Below, piece by piece: positions 13,024-49,159 of a DNA stretch of 64,000 nt. The DNA is from Octopus vulgaris (taxonomy: Eukaryota), in the NCBI GenBank assembly GCA_951406725.2, contig OX597830.1, positions 16,430,001-16,494,000 on the forward strand, read 5' to 3'. The position numbers were made by a program, and so were the translations under genes. Below the pieces are notes generated by a model. That model saw nothing but the letters and a program-made list of their open reading frames with translations, was not told the origin of the DNA and did no database searches. Position 1 is the first letter of the stretch. The number at the start of each line of letters is the position of its first letter.

Positions 13024-13278
13024 TTACACGCACAATGGGGCTTCTTTCAGTTTCTGTCAACCAAATTGACTCTCAGGACTTTGGTCAGTGCGAGGCTATA
13101 ATAGCAGATACTTGTCCTAGGTACCATGCAGTGGGACTGAACCCAGAGCTATTGGACAGGTGGGTATTTTGGCAGATTTAGACATGCATAGAGCTGACAA
13201 ATTCCACTGTCATTTAACAATTCCTCCAGGATTCCTTCAACACCCACTCCTAACCTGCCAAAGATAGTAGCTAAAGCA

Positions 13279-13317
13279 CATTATTTACATTTGATGGATA
13301 CTTGTCCTCATCTTGTT

Positions 13318-13384
<67 letters not shown>

Positions 13385-13562
13385 CAACATTGAAAAATAC
13401 CTTAGGAATAAGAACCCAGGTTCAAAATTTCCCCAAGACATTTGATGAAGGGCTGGAGGGTATATCAGCCGAAACATTGTGTTAACAACAAACAAGATGA
13501 GGACAAATATCCGTCAAATGTAAATAATGTAAATAATTCCTCATCTCTTAAATATAGAACTG
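13279..13562 (+). mobile_element. Penelope-like pLTR fragment with an inverted flank across (TAA)n and a degenerate hammerhead
   Basis: 13279-13319 is inverted relative to ~13489-13531; TTGATGA-AGGGCTG...CAGCC-GAAAC near 13442-13476. Confidence 0.55.
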
Positions 13563-13755
13563 TTCAGTTCAAATACCTGGCTTTTTAAAATTTTAATTTG
13601 AAAAAAATAATTTAAAATTTTGTAAAATAATTTTGTCGACATCATCATCATCACCAGGAGGAGGAGGATTCTGTTAAGCCATATTTATTTACAAGATTTA
13701 CAAGTCAAGAACATCATATGAAGGTAGTTAATACTTTTCCCTAAGTGCATTATTA

Positions 13756-14183
13756 GGATCTTTTCGGTTTGAACGGCAGTTTTTAACATAATTTCTAGGT
13801 AATTAAAAAATATTAAACTTCGTATACTGGTAGAATGTGTTTATAAAACATCTTTTTCTCTTAGCTCTATTGAGAAAATTCTATAGTTTGTAAGATAGTT
13901 GCTGGGTTTTTTTTCTTCCATTTCTGCAATTTCAACCAATCACTGACGTCTATTGAGGTAAAAAAAAACATTCTGTGCCATATGAATATGTCCCTCGTTT
14001 AAGAAACAGATTGGGTTTATTTACATTTGTGAAGAAAAAAAGATACCCTTCCCCCCACCCCTAACCTTAGCCCTAACCCTAAAACAGATTGAAATGCAAT
14101 AGATCGATACTAGGGTCATAATTATGGGAGACAATTTCATATGACACCGCTAGAAAAAACTGCCGTTCAAACCGAAAAGGTCC
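13756..14183. mobile_element. MITE with ~29-bp TIRs, 8-bp TSD and internal telomere-like repeats
   Basis: TIR GGATCTTTTCGGTTTGAACGGCAGTTTTT / AAAAACTGCCGTTCAAACCGAAAAGGTCC; TSD CATTATTA at 13748-13755 and 14184-14191; CCCTAA-like repeats near 14058-14082. Confidence 0.85.
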
Positions 14184-14667
14184 CATTATTACTGCACAGG
14201 AATTAGTGTATTATTATATGGAAAAGGTTTATACAATCCAATAACATATAATTGGATAGTAATATAACTTAGACTATATCCATGTAATCACATTTTCGGG
14301 TTTCCCATTTCTGAACCTTGGTTGTTACCCAACTGGTTCTCATGAAAAACTTTTACAAGCTGGCCTGCAATTCCTAGAGATAATCCCTATATATTCCTAT
14401 ATTCCAGTCTTTGGAACTAAACGTAACTTCCATGTAAAACACATGAAACTAACAATAAAAATAAAGAATTAAAATTAACCGTTTAAAAGTTCGTTACTTT
14501 TCCAGCGTCCCTTTTCTTTTCTAATCAACATAAATTACATCTGCACTTAGACATTTTACTAATTACAGCTTAGAGAAAATTCTATGTTGCCACGAATTCG
14601 CTCACTTTCCTCGAAGCGTAGAAAACATCGTCTTTCCTTCAAGCCAGAATATTTAAGTCGGCGTAAC

Positions 14668-14852
14668 TTCGGTACAAGTACCGGTGTAAGTACCGGATAC
14701 ATTTCAAGAAAGTGTTGTTTTTTTTAAATATGGGGGGTTACGGTTAGGGTTTGTGTTAGGATTAGGGTTATGATTAGGGTTAGGGGTGGGAGAAAAGGGT
14801 TTCTGTTATCTTCAGAAATGTAAACAAAGTCACGTGTGTACTTATACCGAAG
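14668..14852. mobile_element. Short MITE-like element with a degenerate (TTAGGG)n core
   Basis: Inverted ends CTTCGGTACAAGTAC / GTACTTATACCGAAG; GGTTAGGG-like repeats at 14735-14786. Confidence 0.55.
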
Positions 14853-14860
14853 GATCGCCT

Positions 14861-15086
14861 CCCTTTTTGCTACCGTATTTATTTTGAGATGATATGTGTT
14901 TCTTTCAATTACTTTAAATATAGCAAAGAATTTAGTAAAATCACTTAGTTATCATTCAGCTAGTGTTTAGGAACATAAATTGTGACTAAGGTTTGGTAGA
15001 AGATTTTAATTGAAAACTTATGAAAAGAAGACATTTATACTACAGAGCCAAAGCCGGTTTCAGCCGGGTTGGTAACGAAAGGGTTA
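14861..15086. mobile_element. piggyBac-like MITE family 1
   Basis: Same internal sequence; ends GGTAACGAAAGGG-TTAA. Confidence 0.8.
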
Positions 15087-15284
15087 AGTCTAAAGAAACG
15101 TTAATTCAACGTTGAATATCTGAAGCCACCGGCCAAATGAGTGTTTACGTAATTAACACCGTCTTCCTTCAAAACAGCTGGCAGCTAATTAGAGTGGCTA
15201 ATAACAAAGCAAGGGAGGTAATTCTTGAGTCAAGGTCTTGCTTAAAACGTTCTGTTTATTGGTTAAACGCCATTAGTTTCCCGC
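15087..15284 (+). promoter_or_regulatory. Putative SELENOO core promoter / 5' UTR
   Basis: Only ~200 bp of non-repeat DNA between a MITE and the first ATG. Contains a reverse CCAAT (ATTGG, 15258), a YY1-like CGCCATT (15268) and an E2F-like TTTCCCGC (15277). These are motif matches only. Confidence 0.35.
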
Positions 15285-40827
<25,543 letters not shown>

Positions 40828-41319
40828 ATTATCTCTCTATACTGCACCGTAGAAGCACTTGTTACTCACAAATACACTTTATTAATATTCTTCAGGGTGG
40901 CCAGCTGGCAGAATCGTTAGCATGCTGGATGAAATACTTTAGCGGTATTTCACCCATCGCTACGTTCTGAGTTCAAATGCCATCGAGGTCAACTTTGCCT
41001 TTCATCTTATCAGATTTGATGAAATAACTACCAGTTACACACAGTTATTAACTAGACCCTTCCCTCAAATTCCAGGCCTTGTACCTATAGTAAAAAAGGA
41101 TTATATTCTTGAGGGTGGGAGGACAAGTTCAACAAAGCTATCTGGCCATTTAGAATAAGGAACTCAAAGATAAGTCTGACAAAGGATAAACATTTAATCC
41201 CTAATTGTTACTTCAACAAAATGTGTTTTGTTCAACAAACAATTGTGTTGAATGTTTACACTTTAGTATAGTTGTTTATTATATTATCACTTTCACTTTA
41301 TCCAACATTTTTATCACTA

Positions 41320-41700
41320 GGGATAACATCCACCTGTTGTCCACCTCTGTATTCTATAAACCCCATTTATTCCGACTTCTGTATCAACTATTCTTCCATC
41401 TTCACCAACTGCACAATAAAGACCCCACCACTACAACAACATCCACTCTAAATCTAAGGAGATGCAACACTTTCTCAATTGTGGCTGTCCTTGATTTGTT
41501 GTGAATATTGCACATTACTAAGCCAGGGCTATTAGTCATGCCATCACACTCGTGTTGAGCATATATTTAACTGCAGACTAGCTTCCCTTCTATTTTACAT
41601 CTTGTCCATCTTCTACTTAATATCTTGTCCATTTTCCACTTAATATGCATGCCCCCCCCTCCATAACTTCTACTTTCTATCCTCCAAGCTTGTGATTCCC
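41320..41700 (+). mobile_element. Possible decayed Penelope-like RT fragment in the SELENOO 3' UTR
   Basis: LSTSVFYKP...LRRC resembles the Penelope thumb-region motif; heavily degenerate. Confidence 0.4.
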
Positions 41701-43456
41701 AATCTTTCCCTGGCCACTTCTCTACGCCACACAATTACTTTTCTGTCAGACAATGGGTCAATCTTCGAATATCAGAACCGCTTCTTTCCATATACAAATT
41801 TAACAAAATTTAGATTTACTATAACCTACATGGTCGACGGAGGGCACAAGAACACAGAGTATTTGTATGATTAAAACCCTTAATCCAGTAAACTAGTGAG
41901 TGACCTTAAAGCTTACGGGTAAACAAGAATTGAACTTTGGTGCTCAAAATGCTCTGGCTCTGCTGAACTTCAATAGAATATTACAGTAACAGTTTTTGCC
42001 ACAAGAAGTAAATAAGTAATAATTCTTATTACTAATGATGTGTTTAGCATGACAGAGATATATCTTAACACAGTTTTTCTAAGAATATAGAATTAACCAT
42101 ATTTAAATTATCACACAGACCTTAATTAATATTTAGTGTGAACGTGTGCTTCTATGGTGCTGAAATAAGCCAAACAGATTTGCTAAGAATGTGGGGGAAA
42201 AGATCTAGAAGAATTAACAAACTTGAAAGTCATTATCAAAAAAATAATTTCTCATATCATAAAGTTTTTGCATCTACTCCTCCCACCCACCCCTTCATTC
42301 TGCATTATTAAAACAGATAGGTTAAGAAGTACTTAGCTGTCCATTTCCATTATTTGGATCCTGGTTCTTCACAAAGATATACAAAGGAACTAAACATTAA
42401 TTCATTCTAACAATTGCAGGATTAATGAACCTTAATGTCGCTTTCTCTTCATTAATAACAAAATAAATTCCCTGATTATTGTTATTATTGAGGCGGTAAG
42501 CTAGCAGAATCGTTAGCACACTGGGCAAAATACTTAGCGGCATTTCGTCCATCTTAAAGTTCTGAGTTCAAATTCCACCCAAGATCAACTTTGCCTTTCA
42601 TCCTTTCAGGGTCAATAAATTAAGGACCCATCAAGCACTGGGGTCACTGTAATCGACTAGCTCCCCACCCCCCTTTCCCAATTTCAAACTTTGTGCCTAT
42701 TGTAGTAAGGATTATTACTATAATTATCATCATCCTCCTAAAATTGCTGGCCTTGTGCCAAAATTTGAAACATGGGCATTGATTGAGCTGGCAGACCAAA
42801 AATGCTTAGCAGCATTTCTTCCAGCTTCACATTCTGAAGTTAAATGCCACTAAGGTTGACTTTACCATTCATTCAAAGTACCAGTTAAACACTGGGGTTG
42901 AGGTTTATGTTAGAAACAAATATAATAATTGCCATGATGAAGGCAGAGGATTGGCAGAATTGTTAGCACAGCAGACAAAATGACTTGTGGACCTTTATGT
43001 TCCGAGTTCAAATTCTGCCAAGCTTTTCATCATTGCAATAAAATAAAATACCAGTTACGTACTGGGCTCAGAGTAATCAATCATATCCCTCCTCCAAATT
43101 TAAGGCTACGTGCCTTCGTTAGAAATTATCTTCATCATCGTTAGGCGAGTTAATTTTTTTGCAAACTGCTGACATCAATTACAGATTATCCATTAGCAGA
43201 ATTATCAGATAATCTATCTAACCATATTATTATTGTTTTTGTTTATAAACATTTAAAATCCTCATAATTCAGTTTGTTTAAACATAAAATTATTATATTG
43301 ATATTATATCGGATATTAGAAACTAAGGAAAATTGCAAAATGATTAGGTTCACTAAGATCATAAAGATTAAATGTTTATCAGATTAATCATCTTAAAATA
43401 TTCATCTTATACTTCACTAATTACTTTTCATGTTTGTTAATCCTTCATCTTTTTCC

Positions 43457-43517
43457 TTGCTGATGTATGATGGGTTTTGCTTAATCTCTCAAGAGGGGCA
43501 AATCCTTGACGAAGCAG
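43457..43517 (+). promoter_or_regulatory. SECIS element (type II) of SELENOO
   Basis: ATGAT(43467) + 11-nt arm GGGTTTTGCTT + AA(43483) + mini-stem CTC-tcaa-GAG + GGGCAAATCCT + TGAC(43507). Helix II pairs at 10 of 11 positions (G-U allowed); tandem G.A/A.G core; helix I TTGCT/AGCAG. Confidence 0.85.
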
Positions 43518-43641
43518 TCAAAACTGGCTTCTTTTTTTTTTTTTTTTTTTAAAATCAACTTTAAACAGTCTAAACATACTATTAAAGAAATATGATTAAA
43601 TCAGCTTTTCTTTTTTTTTTTTTAATATTTACAAAACTATT

Positions 43642-43647
43642 AATAAA
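43642..43647 (+). terminator. Likely polyadenylation signal (AATAAA) of the SECIS-containing SELENOO mRNA
   Basis: AATAAA about 125 nt after the SECIS, preceded by U-tracts and followed by GT-rich sequence; an ATTAAA is also present at 43581. Confidence 0.5.
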
Positions 43648-43750
43648 ATTTTCTTATAACAAAATGATTTGAGTTGTGTATGATGACATATTACACGAAA
43701 GGATTGTACGCTATGTATTTGTGTGTGTGTGCGCATGCGTGTATATATAT

Positions 43751-44156
43751 ACGCAGGAGTGGCTGTGTGGTAAGTAGCTTGTTTACCAGCCACATGGTTC
43801 CGGGTTCAGTCCTACTGCGTGGCATCTTGGGCAAGTGTCTTCTGCTATAGCCCCGGGCCGACCAATGCCTTGTGAGTGGATTTGGTAGACGGAAACTGAA
43901 AGAAGCCTGTCGTATATATGTATATATATATATATGTGTGTATGTGTTTGTGTGTCTATGTTTGTCTCCCTAGCATTGCTTGACAACCGATGCTGGTGTG
44001 TTTACGTCCCCATCACTTAGCGGTTCGGCAAAAAGAGACCAATAGAATAAGTACTGGGCTTACAAAGAATAAGTCTCGGGGTCGATTTGCTCGACAAGGC
44101 GGTGCTCCAGCATGGCCGCAGTCAAATGACTGAAACAAGTAAAAGAGTAAAGAGTA
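43751..44156 (+). mobile_element. SINE family A
   Basis: Full-length copy just downstream of the predicted SELENOO polyA site. Confidence 0.88.
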
Positions 44157-44325
44157 TGTATATATTATTGGTTGCACATACTTAGTGTATCCGTTTTGTT
44201 TATATGCCAAATTTGCAGCCACATAGCATTCGAGGAAAGGTCCCTAGATGATGCCACATGTTAAAGAACACCTGAATGTCACAGACCAGTTAAGCAATTT
44301 GCCTCAGAAACAATACACATACACT

Positions 44326-45130
44326 ACAAAGGTGGGCTGAAAAGATCATCAGCTGACTACAAACGAGTGATGCTTGAGCATTTATTTCAACTCTTCCTAC
44401 TAATAACTGCATTGCTTCTTTCCAGGTAAACTGACGTCAGATTTTTCAAAGAAGACTTCAAAAGTAACTTGTAGCAACTTTTCTTGAAAATGGACAACGT
44501 TTGGTGTCCTGATGTTATCGAGTACCTGCAGAAAAAAAGAGATTTAGCCCACAAGGACATTCATGGTAACATGGTTTTTACATTAGGGGATGATGCTCCA
44601 GTTTTATCAACAGTGCAAAAGTGGGAAGCTGATTTAGGAGGGAATGTAGAGTCTTGAAGATGACCCAAGGTCTGGACGTCCTGCCACCACCAAGAAAAGC
44701 ATTGATTGTGTTCACTACATGATGATGGATAACAGACTGTAAATCAAACAGCCAATGCTATTAACAGATCCTGTGAGAGAGTTGGGAATATCCTGCACTA
44801 TGAACTTGCTGTGTCTACTGACACCTGATCGAAAGTACACCAGGCTGATCACATCACAGAAAATCTGACATTCATTGAGGCAGACCCAGCTGACTTCCTT
44901 GAATGTTTCCAAACCCAAGATGAGTGAGGCTTCAACACTGTGAGCCAAAGACAGAGAGACAATCCATTCAGTGGAAACATCCCTAGTCATTTGTTCCAAA
45001 ACAAGCCAAAATTGTTTCATCTGCAGGGAAGGTGATGGCCTCAGTCTTTAGGGATGCAAAAGGAACTGTTTATTGACTATCTTCAAAAGGGCCAGACCAT
45101 CAATTGTAAGTAACTAGGCCGACTTCTTTG
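44326..45130 (+). mobile_element. Decayed mariner transposase fragment
   Basis: Frameshifted motifs STVQKW, EDDPRSGRP, AGKVMASVF.DAKG and IDYLQKGQTIN. Confidence 0.85.
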
Positions 45131-46285
45131 TAAATTAATCTCTTAGATATGACATTTTGAATTTTAAAATCTGTTTCTTTAAAGTTAACAGGACAAGTAT
45201 GATCATCAATATACAGAAATGCTGGAAACCTAACTAAATTCTGATTTAGACTAAAACTGCTGGAACAGATGTCAGAAAGTGTGCAGTTTTCTAGTAATTT
45301 CCAAATGTAAAAGCTACATGGTTTAGTGGTTACGGTATTCAAGTCATGATCATAAGGTCAGGAGTTCAATTCCCAATGGCCTATTGTGTCTTTGACCAAG
45401 ACACTTTATTTCACATTGCTCCGATTCACTCAGCCCTAAGTCAAAGGGCCAGGCTCAGCCACTAACACGTTAATTTTATGAGCAGGCTGTTTCCATTGAC
45501 TGGATCATATAGAACCCTCGCCATCATAACTGAGTGCCAATATACATAATTTCCAAATGATGCGATGCATGTGGCCCAGGGTTCTTGAGTAATAAGAGAA
45601 ATGTACAAAAACTACTTAGTAATTTATAAAGTTTATATGTGTGAACAAGCTTGATAGTGCCTATATCAAGGATTTGGAACAGATATACAAAAAGACAAGG
45701 TCAGATCAATTGTATACACAATAAATCGCACAAGAACCTTATTTGGTTTTTGTTGCATCATTAATGAGACATACTTTCATTGTATAAAGTTCTTTCTGTT
45801 GGTATGTATAGATTTGATCCATTGTTTTCAAGAGTGGTACAGAATAAAGACGTTATTTCTGAATCTACAAGGTCCTAGATGAAAATTCTGCTTTGGACTT
45901 TACTATTTGATCTGTTTCAACATGAAATCAACTTAACTAGTTTGTATTACACAATCAGGCAGCGGGGAAGAAATCACCTCAATTTATAATACAAACCTAA
46001 AGTGACATTTTAGAGCAAATCATTTACTTGAATCTTATGGACAAGACTTACTGGAGACAACACCCCTAGAAAATCAAATATTGGCAACATTTTGTGTATA
46101 TAACTACTTACAGGTTGATAGTGGTCTGCGATAATATTAAGTCAATAAAACAAAAACATAAAATGAGGTCTAAAAACAAGGACAAACTATTATCTGCAAT
46201 GCACTTATTTTTGTCCTATTAGTGGGAAACTGTTGCTTGCATCCCCAGACATAGTTTAGTTCAAGTTTGAACTTAAAACATCAAT

Positions 46286-46514
46286 TTAACCCTTTCGTTA
46301 CCGTATTTATTTTGAGATGATCTGTGTTTCTTTCAATTAATTTTAAATATAACAAAGAATTTAGTAAAATAACTTAGTTATCATTAAGCTAGTGTTAGGA
46401 ACATAAATTGTGACTAAGGTTTGGTGGAATATTTTAATTCGGAACTTATGAAAACAAGACATTTGTAAGTAGAGCCAGAGCTGGTTTCAGCCGGGTTGGT
46501 AATGAAAGTGTTAA
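46286..46514. mobile_element. piggyBac-like MITE family 1
   Basis: TTAA-CCCTTTCGTTACC...GGTAATGAAAGTG-TTAA; appears nested in a family-2 MITE. Confidence 0.8.
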
Positions 46515-47370
46515 ACCGGTCGCATCTGGCTCAATCATTCTGCCAGTTTTATGTTCAAACTGGCCAGATCTAGCCTCTCATATATACCCTATGATATCAT
46601 TTTAAAATGATATCAAAATAATCACATCATCAAAATCTCGACGCTAAAAGATAATCTATGATTAATTTAAGACAATACTAATAAATAAGCTTTGATAAAC
46701 ATCACCCTTTTCAAGCCTAGCCAGGCTCATGGGCCCGGTTTCCGTGGCGTGTGTTCCCCCCACCTGGATGAGACTCCAGTCTATCGCAGCGTTACTCAAG
46801 AAACAGGAAGAGAAAGTTGTGGCGAAAGAGTACAACAGGGGTCGCCACCACCGCCTTGGAGTTTTTAGGTGTTTTCGCACAATAAACACACACAACGCCC
46901 TGTCTGGGAATCAAAACCGCGATCCTCCAACTGCGAGTCTGCTGCCCTAACCACTGGGCCATTTCGCCTCCACCAGGCAGCACAAACCTACACCATAATG
47001 ACTAAAGGAAAAACTATGTCTACAATGCATGTGCCACTAATTTTCACACCAGTATTTAATCCTTTGATTACCATAATCCTGCTGAAATATATTCCTTTTG
47101 TTTCAATTAATTTTTTAAATAATTAAGAATTTAGGAAAATAATTGTCATTATTAAACTAGTGCTTCAATTAGCATGAAATTTGGATGGAAAATTTAATTT
47201 CAATCATTTTAAAACAGAATGTTTGTGTCTTAGAACCAGGGATAGCCACAAGCAGGTCGGTAACCAAAGGGATAAGGGCATTTGTGGATAATCAATGCTT
47301 TACTGAGAAAAAAATATAAATACTTGATATTTTCTCTCTTTGTAGAAATTTGAGTATCAAATTTTGGAAT

Positions 47371-47597
47371 TTAACCCTTTAGTATTTAAACCGGCCATAT
47401 CCGGCCAAAATATTTAATCTGTTTTATGTTCAAACTGACCAGATCCAGGCTCTCACACCTACCCTACAATGTTATTCTACATTAGGTAATTACACCATCA
47501 AGATCTTGAAGATATGAGATAATGCATGATTAATTCAAATCAATGTGAATCAATAAGCATTATGTTTGATAGAATTATCAGAACACTAAAGGGTTAA
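47371..47597. mobile_element. piggyBac-like MITE family 2
   Basis: TTAA-CCCTTTAGT...ACTAAAGGG-TTAA. Confidence 0.8.
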
Positions 47598-48230
47598 AAA
47601 AAAAAAGTAATTGAAGTATTCAGAATAAATATTATTGTTAGTTCCTCACTCTCTCTTCACTAGTAGTGTTTCCTATGATAGCTGAATTACTGAGGAAAAT
47701 GGTGTAAGTTTGAATTACCACTACTTCTTATTATGGGAAGATGTGTAACTCTGAAACAATTGGTGATAATACTACTTACTCACTAGCAAGAACAATGAAT
47801 ATAGAAGCTGGTCAACATTTTTTTTTATATAAATCTCATCATTTAACATCCATTTTCCATGCTGGCATGGGTTGGACAACTTGACAGGAACTGGCAAGGC
47901 CAAGCACCACACCAGGTTCCAAAGCCTGTTTTGGCATGGTCTCTAGATGCCCTTCCTAATATCAACCACTCTACAGTGTATACTGGATGCTTTTTCATCA
48001 GTGCTTTGTTTGTGGCAGTAGCACCCACACCAATGCTTTTTACATGGCACCTTGGTTTTAGGATCTCTGATATAGATATAAAAAGATAAATATCTATATT
48101 TTTAATGCTAGACGGTTGAGCAATGACTAAGGTGTAGTATATGTTATGTAAACTCCAACAGATTTTCTCAGTAACTCAGTTTGAAAGTAACTGTTATCTT
48201 AATTTTTCTTTCACAGCCACTCCTATGCCT

Positions 48231-48630
48231 ATAGGTGTAGGAGTGGCTGTGTGGTAAATAGCCTGCTTACAAACCACATGGTTCCGGGTTCAGTCCCACT
48301 GCACGGCACCTTGGGCAAGTGTCTTCTACTACAGCCTCGGGTCGACCAAAGCCATGTGAGTGGATTTATTAGACGGAAACTGAAAGAAGCCCGTCATATA
48401 TATGTATATATATATGTGTGTGTATGTTTGTGTGTCTGTGTTTGTTCCCCAACATCGCTTGACAACCGATGCTGGTGTGTTTACGTCCCCGTAACTTAGC
48501 AGTTTGGCAAAAGAGACCGATAGAATAAGTACTAGGCTTACAAAGAGTAAGTCCTGGAGGGTCAATTTGCTCGACTAAAGGTGGTGCTCCAGCATGGCCA
48601 CAGTCAAATGTCTGAAACGAGTAAAAGAGA
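48231..48630 (+). mobile_element. SINE family A
   Basis: Full-length copy; further degenerate copies at ~60295-60640(-) and 63703-64000(-). Confidence 0.88.
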
Positions 48631-49159
48631 ATAAACCATGATTTTTTTTTTCTCTTTTCCCCCTCCTTAAAAGAATAAATCTTTATATTAGGTCCAAAAA
48701 GTAACAGTTGCTTTTCATTTGAAGGACATGAAGCATCTCTTCTTTGGAATTATTTCAATTGAAACCGGTTGATATGTATAACATCATGTTGCCCTCTCAA
48801 ATATTTTATCCACAAAGATTTATCAAGTTTTCTCCAAACTTGCACCTTGAGAATACAAAATACATCCAATCTGGTTTAGTATTTGTTACCATAATAGGGA
48901 AGAATTAAGACATTCTTCAGAAAATAAAGAGTTTTTGAAAAACATTCACTATCGGATTTCTTTCAATCCTTTAAATAAAGAAAATGTGAGAGACAGACAG
49001 ACAGACAGAGACAGATAGAAAGAAACATGAAAGATAGAGTGTGAGTGTATGTGTAATGTAGAGTATCTTGAAGAATCAAGCTTGTACACAGAAACAATGA
49101 AGAAAATAAAGAATGAAAAAGAAAAAAAAAAGAACATCCAATCGAATGAAATATACCAA

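Noticed and set aside
13150-14531. Phase-compatible chain of small - strand 'exons' (14531-14498, 14373-14329, 13270-13150) suggesting a gene divergent from SELENOO
   Set aside because: Splice sites are weak, and the third piece reads on the + strand as a decayed RLE-LINE motif (LADL...TIPP...P.IV), so the chain is probably chance.
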